From Amoebophrya sp. A120 (Eukaryota > Protista > Dinoflagellata): 64,000 nucleotides of DNA. Each line of letters starts with the position of its first letter. Within the stretch, counting starts at the first letter, position 1. Made by a program: the position numbers and the translations under genes. The notes beneath the pieces were generated by a model. That model was given only the letters and a program-made list of their open reading frames with translations. It had not been told where the DNA came from and made no database searches. The DNA is taken from assembly GCA_905178155.1 (NCBI GenBank), contig CAJINV010000002.1:2312998-2376997 (forward strand). The letters run 5' to 3'. Shown here one piece after another: positions 12,800-26,047 of this stretch.

Positions 12800-13840
12800 G
12801 CAGTCAGACAAGGCCCGACGGCGCGGGGCCGGCCCCCCGCCGCTACGCGCGGCGCGCCCGTCGAGGTAGGGCAGCCTGCCAGCCTACCGGGCGCGGATGG
12901 AAGACCGCGCCTTTTGGGGCGTTTTTTCGCCTTGCCTAGGGCAAAGGCGCGGGCGCACCGCCGGGGGCGCGCGGCCTTACTGCCAAGGGGGTGGGCTAAC
13001 AAACACACAAAGCAGGCGGCGCGCCCGCCCGGGGCCACGCGAAAGGCCTAGGCCGCGAGCGGCCGGGTGGGGACAATGCCGGGCGGCGGCCATTTCGTCG
13101 CTGTCGGGTTCCGTCATGAATCCCCTCCCCAAATGTGTCGCAACACAGCTCCGAAGTCGCTGGCGAATTTGCTGCGCTGAGCTCGATATCTGCCGCCCCT
13201 GGCCAACGGCGCGCCCCCCCGCGGGCCACCGGGTGGCCCAGAACCCTGCCGGCCGGTGTCGTCCACAAAGACCCTCCCGAACGCCGTCGCGCCGTCTTGG
13301 GTTTCCACTGCGCGCGCGAACGGAGGGGGGAGCGGCCTAAAGTCCAGCGCGTGCGTTACTGCGGGCCCCGGCCGGCACCCCAGCCAGGGCACGGCAACAC
13401 TGCGCCGCTGACTTTCGAAAGGGGCGCGGGAAGCTTCCCAACTGTGGCGGCGATAGGGCGCGGGTGATGATCAAAACCGCGAGCAGCATCCGCGCAAGAT
13501 TCGGCCTGGGCGGTGGGCTGGCTTTATTTCTTCCGGCGGCACGGCCCCCGCTGGGCATCCGAGGACAGCCGGGCCCAAGAATGAGTGGCCGACGCCGAGC
13601 GGGTTCCGCGCCGCGCCGTTGCGCCGCGCCGTCACGGGCAAACACCCAGCACACCACGAGGGGGCGGCCGCAGTTCCTTCAAGGTGCGGCAGGCTTCTGG
13701 GGCCCTCGGCGCGGAACTACGTACCCGGGCCAAGCTCATTGCCATGGAATACAAACAAAGCCACGCGGATACAAACCGACGCAGCTCCAAATCCAGAGCG
13801 AAGGCGCGCATGAATCCAAGCGCATGCACGGGTGAACACT
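12800..13840. repeat. GC-rich intergenic island
   Basis: Same composition as the other GC islands; boundaries approximate. Confidence 0.6.
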
Positions 13841-14145
13841 TGCCTTTTCAAGTCGCCTTGATGCTACTGAGCTTTCTACTGGTCTTGTTGGTGTTCACAA
13901 AAACAAGCAAAGCCACTCTGTGTATCTGTTACATTTTCTGCCACTCGTGCTACTTCCGCAGCAGCTTCACATGAGTTCATTGCCAGATCATGTTTTCCGC
14001 ATTTCCTTGTAACTTTGGTTAGACCTCTCGCAGCAGTGGGAAGCGTGGAGCTAGTGGTGCTAAGTAGTAAAAGATACAACGAGCAATGTAGAGCACGCAA
14101 CCACACTACTTCTTTTCACGCTCGCGCTCGCCCTTCCTCACATAC

Positions 14146-17100
14146 TCAACCCCCTGCGACAGCACTCTCCGCCAGCATCACTTGCAACTCCTTGCACAAT
14201 GCTCCGAGCCGTTCCCGCTGTTTGCGCAAGTTCTCATGGTCCGCTTCGCAACCCACCAATTGTTGCCCCGTCGGCGGTACTATTTTCGATCCTAACACTG
14301 CCTTATCCGCTATCTGCTCCGGGTTGAAGAGAATACGAAGCCGAACCCAATCGCTCAGCGTCGAGTTATCTGGCATGGAAGCGACGCTGGTGGTTGTCGC
14401 AGGGTCCTGATAGATGTAGGTCATCGTGTTTGGCATGCACAGTTTTAAGTGATCACGCGACACAAATTTGTTTTGTTTCCCTGCTGATACAGCACGACAG
14501 ACAGACAACAAGCAAAACAACACTACAGTCGTATGTATCCAAAGTACCTTTTCCACACTCAGCCCCGCTTCGAACTGCGCAAGGTGATCCAAGAACCCGT
14601 GCGCTTGCTTCGTCCATTTCAACTGCAGTTTCTTCAACAAAACTCGCCGGATTTTGATTTTCCGTTTTATTTTTGACAGAGAACTTGTTCTTTGCTGTAT
14701 CCTGCGCGGCCCGAGGACCTGGCCTCTCGTCGTCGTAGACAGCGTCGCCATACCACTTCGCGCTCGACCGGAAGCTGCTGCAAGCGTCTTTATCTGATAG
14801 GGTTTTAGGATTTTGAAAGTTATGTTACCCTTTACCACTTGATCACGAGTGAAAGATGTTCCTCGCTAATTCAATTAGAGCAATGCAAAACAGAACCTCA
14901 ACCTGCATGCTGCATCACAAATTTTACATCATTTAGAAGTACCTCCTCAGCCGATTGATTCCTTTTCCTTCTCCTGGCGGCTGCTTCTCCTTTCCCTGTC
15001 GCGTTTTCCGCGTCGCGCATCCGCTTTCCCGATTTTGCGCGGGAGTTTCTGTTTTTGATTTTCGTGATAAATGGTTTTGGATGTTGAAACCGCACATCAA
15101 CGCACAACTCAACTAACACGACCAAAACCGACCGCACAAAATAACTCCATGCCTACCAAAGCTACCTGAAGTACTCGCAACAACTTCCACCTACCTGGGC
15201 CCTGGTCTACTGCTTGTCCCTCCATCCGCCCCGTTTCTGCCCTGCGCGTTATCTTCTGAAAGCGAGGAATTTGAATTCGTGTTGTTCAACATCCCCGTAT
15301 CCACTTCCATCGGATCCACAATATTCATCATCTCCCCCTCCGGTTGTAATGCTGAATTCGCAGGATGTACCAAGCTGGGATTCGCCGTCATGTCAGATGC
15401 GCCACTTGCAGTAGCGGCAATTGGAGGCTCATCTTGTTCTACCACGACCCCCATGTCGTCATCCTCATCTTCGAGGTTGTCATAATTTTCGCCATTTTGA
15501 AGATCCTCGTTATCGTTATTTCCATCAGAACTGTCTAGCAACTCCTCGTCGTTGCCGACGTCCTCCTCATCGACAACCCGACGCGCTCCTTCGTTTTCAT
15601 TCTGCATCACCTCTTCTTCCGGAACTCTAACATTCCGCTTCTCAAAATTCCTGCGCGGTGGTGTGGACATCCTCCCATCAGCGAAGATCATCTGTTGGTT
15701 GTTCCCGATTTGCTGTTTCTTACCCGGTGAATTGGAGTTTTTACTACTCCCCGGACTGTCTTTGTTCCCTGCTTGTTCAGGCTGCTCTGGTTCCCCTCCC
15801 GGTGCAGCTGGTGCAACAGCGGAGCTGCTAGAAGAAGACGCTGCAGCAGACCCTGTAGCTTCTTGGTTTCGCTCATCCTGCTGTAGTTGCTGACCAGAAC
15901 CGGCACTGCCTCCTCCTCGGGAAAACAAATTTGTGATGGCGGAGGGGAAAAGGCTGGACGAGCTGCCAGTTCCTTTCTTCGAGTTTTTATTTACGTCCCT
16001 CAAATCCGTTCCCGGGGAAGATTTCAGCACCGAATTTTTCGCCGCTAATTTACCATTCTCACCCGCAGAACTTCCGTTATTTTCCTCCTCGCCAGCACCA
16101 CACAAGCTTTCATTCGCCTTCAGCACAAACCGCACCGAATTCTGTATTCCTTTAAACCGCCTCCCAACGATCGCGATCTTCCTGGCTACGTGGATCCGAA
16201 CCGAGCAGGATTCGTAGATGAAAGCGAGGAGGTAGCAAACGAAGGTCCGGGATTTCTCGATCAAAGCTTCTAAAATGACTGTTAGTGCTTTTGGTATTCC
16301 ATGCACCACCCGGATCAATTTGTGGAAATGGTCACAATACTTGGCGAAAATCATGTGACAGAGCTGCTCGATTTCCCACGGGTACTCAAAGAGCTCCTCG
16401 AGCTTTTGGTAGAAATTGATGGTGGAGAGAGAACTTGAACTACTGCCGTCTCCTTTCGTGGCGTTATTACCTTCTTGCTGCTGTTGTGTAGAAGTTCCGT
16501 CAACATTATTGTTCCCAGCTGCTGAAGACCCAGCACCTTGTCCTCCGCTGGTAGAACCCGGCACTCCGGGTGGGCCCATTCTAGTACTGTTATTCCCAGT
16601 GCCTCTTTTCCCCCTTCCCTTTTCACGAGCGCTGTCCGGTCTGTCTCTACTATTCCCAGTTGGGCTCCAGTCTCTGTTTCTTCTGTCATTCTTCTCCCTG
16701 ATAGAAGTACTTTGCGCACCAGCAGCTCCGGAGCCGAATCTTGCCGCCGACCGTCCCATCATCCCGCTGTACCAGGACTGCTGCTTAAATGACTCCTCCT
16801 CGTGGTCTCGCAGCCCGTAAGTACCTCCGTACGGAGGTGGACCACCTGGTGCCCCGCGGTCCTTGTTCTGCTTGTTTCCCGAACCTCCTGCATTGTTTCC
16901 CTTCGCACCGTTAGTGTTCCCCGTATTATTCGTCGTACCATACACGATCTTCAGCATCCACAGCAAATTTGGGTTTTTTGAAATCGAGTTCCCTATGCTG
17001 ATTTTCATGTGCGGAATGAGGCTGAGGTGGAGTTGTTCGGGTTCTTTTTTCTTCTTTTTACCCTTCGAGGAGGAGGAAGACGAAAAGGAAGAACTTTTCA

Positions 17101-18922
17101 TGATTCCAGCACTACTGCTGTTATTATTCACGACCATATCCGCAGCTGCCTGCTTCGCCCCCCGTTTCGCCGCTTTCTGGTAAAACGTGTCAACCAACAC
17201 CGATCCAGTCGAAGAATTTGCGGAAGCGCTAGCGACTGTCGTTGCCTTCGCTGCTTTCGCCTTCCTTTTCCTCTTTTTCGATTTGTCATCAGAAGAAGCT
17301 GCAGCAGCTCCTGCTATTTTATTCGCTTTTCTATCTGCCATAAACTGCTTTCGCTCCGACAAGAATTTGGAAAACAGCAAGCGAAAGTCCAAATTCACTA
17401 ACTGCAACAGCCAGAACTTCAGCAACGCGTCTTCCGCTAAATGGCCGACCGAGAAGGGACTGTTTACGGCAGCTCCCGGTGGGACATCGGGAGCAGGACC
17501 TCCACTCCCGTCATTCCTTTTCGATCGTACGCCAGTCGTGGTCTCTGGGTTGTTGCTAGTGGTATTTTTCGTTGATCCACTAGATCCCCCAAACCCGAAT
17601 AACGAGCCCGCGGTTTGGAACAACGACGAGGACGCAGACTGCTTCTTCGAAGTCTTTCGGATTGCACCGGACTTGCTGTTTGTTGCATTTGCATTTCCAT
17701 TCGACGCATTTTTCCCGTCTTTTGTCCCGCTACTTCCTCCGATCATCCCTCGGTTGTAAAAACTACTTGGCGAAAACCCGCTATCGGAGAAAAATGACTT
17801 CCCGTTGTTTCCACCGCCTAGTCTCCCGGAGAGCATCCCGGAAGACAACTGACACGACTGCATCAAATGCCGAAACATCACCTCCGCGCGTTCGAAGTTT
17901 TTCAGCAACAGATAGCAGTTCCCGGCGTAGTAGTGGTAGAGAAAGTAATCGACCGCGTGGACGAAAGTGTTTGTGGGTTGTTCTGCTGCAAGATTGTTCG
18001 CATTCCTTCCGGATGACATCAAACTCATCCCACACAAAGCTGTGAATTTGTTCGGTGCTTCTCTTTCGATGTGATCTGAGACAATGTTTGGCATGTTCTG
18101 CTTCAGCGCTAATCGGGCCAACTGTGCAGACGCGATGAAGGAAATTTGGTAAAGATACTGCACCGCGGGTGGGAGGAGGTACGAAGCGGTGGTTGGTTTT
18201 GCTCGTGCTAAAGTTGTTGCATTTGTTGCATTGTTACCTGCATTCATTCCGGCCTGGTCCATGTTGACGTCCCCAGCACCTGCGGGCTGCTCACCAGCGT
18301 TATTATTCACTTCCCCACCAGCAGCAGAATTCATCTCCCTACTACACGCTTGAAACACCACCTTCCTGAAATTTACCAATGCCGCAATCGCCAACCTCCC
18401 CTCAACTCTCGTTGCAGCAAAGGCGTAGTTGCCGAACCACCGGGTCAATTCGGTTAACTGCTCGATGAATTGGAAAAACTGCTGCTGTCCCGGGCCGCGG
18501 GGATCTTTTGTTGCGGTGATGAGGAGTTGTGGTAATATTGTGGTTGTGGTGAAAAGCTTGAGAATTTCTTGGAAGGCCTTCTTGTCAGATTCCACATCCC
18601 GGGGGGAGGGGGTGGTCGCGAAAGTAGTATTATCGCGCGCAGGATTTGTTGTATTACCTCCTGCCAGGAGATCCCGCTGCTGCTGCTGCTGCTGTCCTCG
18701 TCTGTTCGTGACAGCCGGGGGAATCAACGCCGCGTTGTTCGCAGTGGTTCTCCCTCTCCGCGCATTGCGGCCGGTGAAGTGGGTCTGGTGGATCTTGGCC
18801 ACTTTGTCGACGTTCAGCTCGACGGGCGTTGTGGTGTGCGCCGGCAAGATCGAAGGTCCTCCGGACGTCGAGCTGGTCGCAGCCTGTGCTGCGGACGGGC
18901 CGCGCGAAAAGAAATTGACCAT
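14146..18922 (-). CDS. COP9 signalosome subunit 3-like PCI protein with long low-complexity insertions
   Basis: DYFLYHYYAGNCYLLLKNFERAEVMF resembles the conserved CSN3 helix-pair motif (YYYYGGMIY..LKNFERA). 3.7-kb first exon, GT donor at 15194, further small 3' exons whose boundaries are approximate. Confidence 0.55.
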
Positions 18923-19439
18923 GGTGGTTTTGCACTACTACATACAAGCGCGGGGAATTCTGCTTCCGGGAAAAGTAAGCTACTACATGTCGCTTCTTTC
19001 TTTTTATGCTGCGGAGGTACGAATGTGGCTGTGGTTGTCTTGTGGACCGCTTAAGCTGCGAAAAATCAAAATCAAAGCAATCGCAATCGAGGCGGCAACT
19101 GTTGCTGTGCGACATCTATTTGTACTTTTTTGCTTCGATAGATACACAGCAAATGGCTTCCAGAATCGATGTTGGAACCTCTGTTCAACGTGGCAAGCAC
19201 TTGAGGCGTGAATGGGGGAAAAAGCGAAAACCGCGAAGCGGCGTTCGGCGAACAATACCTATGAACACACTAAGCACAATCCGGATCGGGGGAAGAGCAG
19301 ATCAGGAAAACCCGACGGGAGCCAAGTATGTTCGCCGAACAACGACACATAGGACAAGGAACCGGTTGCCGCAGCAGCTCTGGTTATCCGCCCCGGGTTA
19401 ATAGCTCTAGCGGGCTAGCCAAAATAAGTATACTTACCG

Positions 19440-21470
19440 ACCCGGGGAAAAAGCACACCGGCCGTCATGGGGCTACCCGCAGGTGGGGCCACGTCGCGCC
19501 ACCAACGCTCGGGGCGCCGCGGGGCGGCCTCACGCCCTGTGGCGCGGGCAACCAATTCTCCTTGTCAGCCGAACGGGCACCGGCGGCGAGGCCATGCAAA
19601 GACAGCTACCTATACAATGGCTGGGCCAAGTGGGGGCAGGCCAACCAAACAAGCAAGGGGCGGCGCCCCGGCGAAGCAGGGCCGCCCCGGCCCGGGGCGG
19701 GCAAGCCCCCGCCTTCGGAACACACCAAAACCAGACGGCGCGGCGCGCAAAGGCACGAAGGCGCCGCCGGCCCGCCCTGTCGCCTTCTCCGGCCGGGCGG
19801 GGGCGGGGGCCGCCGAGCCACGGCATGGGGAAACGGGGCGGGCGCGCTGCCCGCCCGCCGGCACCCCCATCCCAAAGGCGCCGCCCGGTGCGGGAACGCG
19901 CGGGGCGCGGTCGACTCCGTCGGTGAGGTTGGCCCTGTGCTGCGTTGTCGTCGCCCAACAGGGGCGCTTTCGTTCCTCGCCCTGGCGCCCCACCCTTTCC
20001 TGTTTTCTTCTCAGCCTTACGGGATGTAGAGCGCCCGATTATCGCCGAGAGCACCGGCAGCGTTCCCGGAACGGCTTGCCAGATTGTAGCACCACTTGTG
20101 ATTTCCATCCAACACCACAACCCCGAGCAAAGCCCTGGCCAATGTGGTGGTCAGCGAGTGGAAGAAACGGTCGATGGGCGCGCGGGTCGGGGCCGCCGTG
20201 TTGATAATCGCTTGTAGATCATTCGACAGCCCGACGAAAGGGTCTCCCATAGGGAGCCTCCCGTTACCCCCGAGTGCCCGAAGCGGAGCGAAGTTGTAGG
20301 TGTCGGCCCCGGCTCCGCCCGGACGATGCCGAAGCACGATCATCCTGCTAAGGTCCTCCGGAGTGATCTCCGGCGGAACCCAGTAGATGTTCTCTTCGCC
20401 ACCGTAGTTCAGAAAGAAACCCCAGGCAGTGCGGAGGATGTGGCCATTGCGAATGCCGTCCACCATTTCTCCTGGACCAACAGCCGCCAGCAGTTTGTGC
20501 ATAGACGCGATGCGGCGGAGGGTGGTCTCTGCAACCATATCGGCATCAGCCATTCCGGACAGAGTCCGGACGATCTGCTTCGAGTTTTGCAGGACCCAGT
20601 TCACGGCCTTGATCGGCAGGAGCATCACGGCCGCTTCGGGCCCTTTTTTTTCTGCGACATGGGTGCCAACGCACGGCCCCCGCCCGGCAAGCGGCATACG
20701 CGCGGGGGCCGCCTTCGCCTCGCATGGCCCCCGGCGCGAAGGGGCGGGTGCTCCGGAGTCACGCAGGGCATGCGGGGGCGCCGGCGCGCGGCCGCGGGCG
20801 ACGGAGCGCCCCCGCCCCCCCCCCGGAACGACGGCCGCCAACGCTCCGAGCCCCAAGCCCGCGCGCGGGCTTGCGTGGCGCGCCCGCTGTCTGTCCCAAT
20901 GGCGCGGCGGCGCGCTCTGTGGCCAATGGCTGCGACCCCCCGGGGGCCCGCTCCGCAAGGTAGGGGAGAAGGGCCCGCGGTCGCATGGCGCGCCGCGCCA
21001 CCAGTCAAGATCCGGGACGCGTTGGTCTAATCACCAAAGTAAACCGCGCGCGTGCGCTCGGGTATCCGGAGGAGCATGCACGCGACACGGCCCCGGCGCT
21101 CCCGCGCCGTCGCGCGCGGGCGCTGGGTCCCATCCTGATCCTGTGCGGCGATCACTTCGACCATTTGAACCAATGCGCCTGCTAAATGTCCAAGCGTGTA
21201 GCCCGTTTGGCCTTCTCGACATGGCCGCGCGTATGCAAGGGCCGTGCTCGCGTGCGTGGCAACTTTACGACATTGAAGAAAGGCGCGCCGCGACAGCTTC
21301 GCCAAGTTCATGGGGTGCTTGAGATAGCCCCAGCCGTCACACAGGGAGATCGCAAGCGCCTGGCCTTTTCCGGAGGGTCCTGCGGCGCGCGCAGCCCCCT
21401 TACTCTTGCGCTGCATCATCGCCACAAGGGCGGCGGACGAATGCCAGAAACGCGCCGAGGGCCGGCCGTG
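19440..21470. repeat. GC-rich intergenic island with a normal-composition core
   Basis: GC-rich arms (about 19440-20000 and 20630-21470) around a core of ordinary composition. Confidence 0.6.
20017..20625 (-). CDS. Intronless ~200-aa orphan ORF (gene or gene remnant) inside the GC island
   Basis: MLLPIKAVNWVLQNSKQIVR...RALYIP has globular-protein composition, unlike the Arg/Pro/Gly/Ala flanking ORFs; no family recognised. Confidence 0.4.
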   Translation of the reverse strand: MLLPIKAVNWVLQNSKQIVRTLSGMADADMVAETTLRRIASMHKLLAAVGPGEMVDGIRNGHILRTAWGFFLNYGGEENIYWVPPEITPEDLSRMIVLRHRPGGAGADTYNFAPLRALGGNGRLPMGDPFVGLSNDLQAIINTAAPTRAPIDRFFHSLTTTLARALLGVVVLDGNHKWCYNLASRSGNAAGALGDNRALYIP

Positions 21471-22134
21471 CCAGTGTGTCTTTGAAAATAGTTGGCATTG
21501 CAGCGAGAAAAGAGGCATATAGCTATTGCCCGACGCCAGCTTTGCGGAACACATACCTTGAAGTTTCCGCCACAGAAACAACACACCTTCGTCGAGGCGC
21601 CTGGTTCGTAAAACGTCGCCCTTTGGTGCTATTCCAACTTCGATGTGAGTCTCAAATTTACTGCTTACATTTGCTTGCGCCGTTGTTCTTCTTGGCTTTC
21701 ATTTTGTACAAAATTCAATCGTGACACTCCGCGTTGACCCTTATTTACCTACCAAAACTGATTTCTCCGCACTATAACTGTGCGGGCCTTTGCTGTGCAG
21801 CGGCTACAGCTTTTTGTTAATTGACGACCTATAATGGAATGGCTCTGGCTTTAGGTTTAGTGAAAAAGATAAAGAACGAAAATAAATTGTACAGAAGTAT
21901 AATCACGCTACTATTTTGACCTCGGGACAGGGAGGATTCAATTTTGGTATAATTTGTTTTCATCGCTTTGTACAGGATGGCATCTTTGCGTTTGGAAACC
22001 TAGCATCTGCAACTCTGTCTTCTACATGATTATCCTGGTGTTGATTCTGCTCTACAGTACAAGAAAAATTCCACCACAGCACCAATCTTCACCGCCTTGT
22101 TGATTGTGATTCCACCCGCAAATATGAATATCCT

Positions 22135-24200
22135 TCACTTAAACGTCCCCACCAAGTTTAAGCTGCTGGTATCCCGCGCTTTGAACAATTCCCGGTACAG
22201 CGTTGCTTCCGGCATCTTTTGTGTGCCTTGCTGCGTTATGCTCCCCCCGGAGTACGCACGGTGGTCCTCTTGCTCCTTGCCGCGCCTGTTTTAGGTTTTT
22301 GCAAAATCACGTGTTTGTGCTACGAGCTCCGCAACACAGATCTACTTCACTCCCCCACACGTAAACATGCGTTCTAGGTCGGATGTGCATGACAACGACA
22401 AGTTTCAAATTCCAAATAGAAAAATGCACATATTAGCAATACATGAATTGCGGCGCCGGTTTCCCAATCACGATTTCTCCAGGCCGGTACCCCCTCTGGT
22501 TCAACACGTCCTGATTTGTCTCCACCTCCGGCCACTGGCCCTCCATGCTATGAACTGCAAAAGTATCGCACTCGTATAAATGCATGACAAATTCCCTCAG
22601 CATGAGAAATAAAATTTGTAATGCGGATTTACCTTGAGAAAAAAATTTGTAATGCATGATTGCAGTACGAGTACGATACTTTTGCACAGGATACATGCAG
22701 GTTGAATCCCATTTTCCGTGGATGTCTTGGTGGTTGGTTTGAAACTGTAGTTGTGAACTCTGGTCAACATCCCCGCCTCCTGCACCTGGTTCTTGTCCAC
22801 TATTTTGCAACACGACCTTGTAGTTCAAGACATCCGACCCCTGCATCTTCCCCTGCTTCTCCCGCTTCACCGGCGAAACCGGTACCAATTCTCCGTTGCT
22901 ATTGTACATGCCATCCGCGGATTTCGCGTTCGACCTACCGTAGGTGCCGGACTTGTCTATCTGGTCTAACGTCTTCCTCCGCATGCCGGTGAAGTTGATT
23001 TCTGACAATGTTGTCCGATTGAATTTCTTTCATATTCATGTAGGTACGCATGACAATTACTGTTGATCGTGCGAAAACACCAGCATTTGATGAAAAAAAC
23101 GAGGTACTAGAACTGGTATTGTATCGTATGTATCTCTGTATACCATGCAGCTCCTTCTCGTCCCCTATCAAATCTTCATCCGTCGGACTGTGTCCCGGCC
23201 ACTGCACCCCCAAACACCCAGCCACTCCCCTCCCTCGGTAGTTCTGCTTCCGTAACTGCGCTGCGTTCGCGTTCGGCATGACGTTCGGATTGACTTTCCC
23301 GTGGGGGTAAAAATTGTTGTTTCCCTGCACGGCACCAGATGCTGTTGCGTGGCCGCCGTAGGTGCAGGCGATGTTGTTTGCGTGATTCGTGCGAGAGCCC
23401 GAAAGGATGTGGTTGTAACTGTGGTGGGAGCTGGATCCGTTGCTGGAGTTCTTAGAGTTATTTCCGTTATTTGCTCGGGGTGAAAATTCCGCCATCCTGT
23501 CGCTCAAATTCTTCTGCAAAACCGTCGTTCCGCCTAAAACCACGCCGCCGGACCGGTCTGCAAACCGCTGCGAGTCGATGATCGGAATAATTTCGGAATT
23601 TTTACTCGGCACTCCCGCTGCTGGAGGGGAAGCTGCTGCGCCCTCTGGTCTATTCCGACTACTGAAGCCTTTTATCCTCACCGTGGAATTGACCACGGAA
23701 GACCGGCTGGTGCCGGAGCCGTTATGTTGCATCATTCCTGGTTCGCTTGCAAAGTAGTGCTGGACGTTTTCTGTTCCGGTACTAGTCTGTGATGCACCGT
23801 TGTTTCGCGGTGAACTACCGCTACCCCGTGGCGACCTCGGGTTCTCCAAACCAAGCCCGTTTTGCAGGTGCGGTGGCTGCTCGTTGAGCTGTTTTTGTTT
23901 TGAAAAATTTAGAGACTATAATTCGGGATGAAGTTGTTCATTTAGCTTGGCATGCTATGTTCACACGCAATTGGTACATGTTCATCAATTTGTGATGCTA
24001 TCACAGAACTAACAGCATGTCATAAAAACAAACAAAAATACGCTGCCTCTCGTGTTCTGTATGTCGTCGCCTAACACCAAAAGGCCTCTGTGGTCGACCG
24101 GCACTGGTCCGCTGCCATTGCCGCCATACAACCCGTTTTCGGCAGCAAGCACGTGTTGGGTCACAATGCGTTTTCCGGGCTCTTTGGGGTAGGCGAGCAT
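22135..24200 (-). CDS. Hypothetical protein, multi-exon
   Basis: Successive minus-strand ORFs (24009-24200, 22935-23849, 22433-23008) linked by apparent GT-AG introns and one introner; both ends uncertain. Confidence 0.5.
22549..22693. mobile_element. Introner family B
   Basis: Family-B TIR; TSD CATGC. Confidence 0.9.
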
Positions 24201-24826
24201 CTTGGGGATAGTTGTGATGTGGTGTGCTTCTCACAAGGACGTTTTGCAACTGAATCTGCGTACAACGTGCGAGCAAGTGGTATGGTGTTGGTGCTGGTCG
24301 TGCCCGTCCCGATTGTAGGCAGTCAACAAAAAATTTGATGTTCACTATACGGTCGCAAACGCAATGATCTACACCAGAAAATTACGAAGAAAGCCAACAG
24401 ATTCCTCGGGTCCCGAACAAAAAACGAAATGAGATCTTCTTGTTTATGCCCAGACCCAAACGCCAAGAAAAAGGATCGTTTTCTAGCAGTAGACGCTAGT
24501 GCAGCTGAACTTTATCAACGGATGTATGAAGATCGTGGTGGTCGTTACAAAATTCGTGCGAATCAATGACAAAGACACACAGGAACAAAACAGGAAGTAG
24601 TATAGTAGACACGATAATCATCTGGAGTGCCGATGTTTCTAGCAAGTCGTTGTATTTTTGTCGCGCTATTTCGTGGTTGCAAAACAATGAGTCGTTATCG
24701 TAAAATCTAAATGACCCACAAAGAATAAGCTCGTCACAGGATCAAGATGTCCTCGAGATTGGAAATCTGTCCAAGACAGCTTGCTCATCTCATTACAAAC
24801 AAAGGTTACTCAATCTGTGCCTAATC

Positions 24827-25378
24827 TCAGCCCATCGGGTTCGCATTTTGCATCGCCTGCGCCAACTCCTTCCCGACAATCTGGTGGACGTCTAAGTACT
24901 TTGACACACACCTGTCGACACAACTTTGCTCCCCCGCTGACAGCGTTGGCTCCTTCACGTTCGGTTATCAAATGTAAAAGTGTCTGGGTCTGGAAGGTTG
25001 GAACTTGTCATGCTGTTTTTGGAGTCTAAAAAAATTTGTATTGCATGACCAGCAAGAGGGGTACAGTTTGTGCTACACGGACAGGGCATTTCTCATGCGG
25101 AGGGTGCATGATCAGGAAGCCCTCTAAAAGTCTGTGATGCTAGTTCATGCATTACAGGCATCATGGTTCATAAGAAATCTGCATGACAAATCTTGCATTC
25201 TTCCAGACACAGACATTTTTACATTTGATATCGGTATGCACTTCGCGTAACAGCTGGACTGGAGTTTTGAGAAGCAATCTGCCATGCCCTTCATTTCCGC
25301 TACTGCAATTTCCGCTTGAGAAAGCTGCGGGCCCGCTGCAGCCCCCTGCATGCCGCCGCCGGGTGCAGCTGCTTGCAT
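24827..25378 (-). CDS. TIM10: Mitochondrial small Tim chaperone Tim10, 2 exons
   Basis: Spliced: EMKGMADCFSKLQSSCYAKCIP|NVKEPTLSAGEQSCVDRCVSKYLDVHQIVGKEL, a twin CX3C motif with the Tim10-type GE..C.DRCV.KY. Confidence 0.9.
24966..25230. mobile_element. Introner family A
   Basis: Family-A TIR; TSD TCGGT; lies between the two CX3C motifs of Tim10. Confidence 0.93.
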
Positions 25379-26047
25379 GATTTGTTATTTTAGAAGCGCA
25401 ATGAAAGAACGAGGTGCCGCTGTGGTTCCTAGTCAGGTACTGATACGTCGTGGTATAATCTTGAAACGCACACTGTTTACACTTTTCATTCACCAAACAA
25501 GCGAAACGGCAACAGCTCTACTTTCGTCATACTATGTTTACGTTTTTCGTCGCTGTTACAACATCGTTCTGCAAAGATTTTTGCCCACTTCTGGGTTGCA
25601 CGAGGAAGAGAATGACAATGAGTTTGTTGGTTCCGAAAAAAAAAATCGCTTTGCGCACCGCTTGGATCTTGTTTACATCATCATCGTTATCGTCTTCAGA
25701 TGAGAGTGGATCTTTCGTTTCGCGATGAGGACACGTGCTGAACACCATGGACCTTTAGAAAAGACTGACAACGGTGTGTCTGCTCCGTGTCCTACCACAT
25801 GCACGCCTCCTCACAAGGGGCAATCGTCAAAGTTGTTTCTTTCAAAGACGAAGATTTCTTAGTGTAACAAGAGAAGTCCTTAAGGACTCAGATTCGTCGT
25901 GGGGACCAAGTATGGGGATGAAGTCGCTAATTGTACTTAAAGGGTGAGGTGGTTTTTCAATTTCATGTTGGAACGAAAACAAGGTAGGAATAAAGAAGCG
26001 ATAAGATTCCTTTAGTCAAAGGACGTAGGCCTAGGCTCACCCGACTA

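Noticed and set aside
9396-21573. Possible shared right-border motif (CGACG..GCT...GGAACACA...GCCAC) between the 7.8-kb and 19.4-kb GC islands
   Set aside because: Too short and gapped to distinguish from chance by eye.
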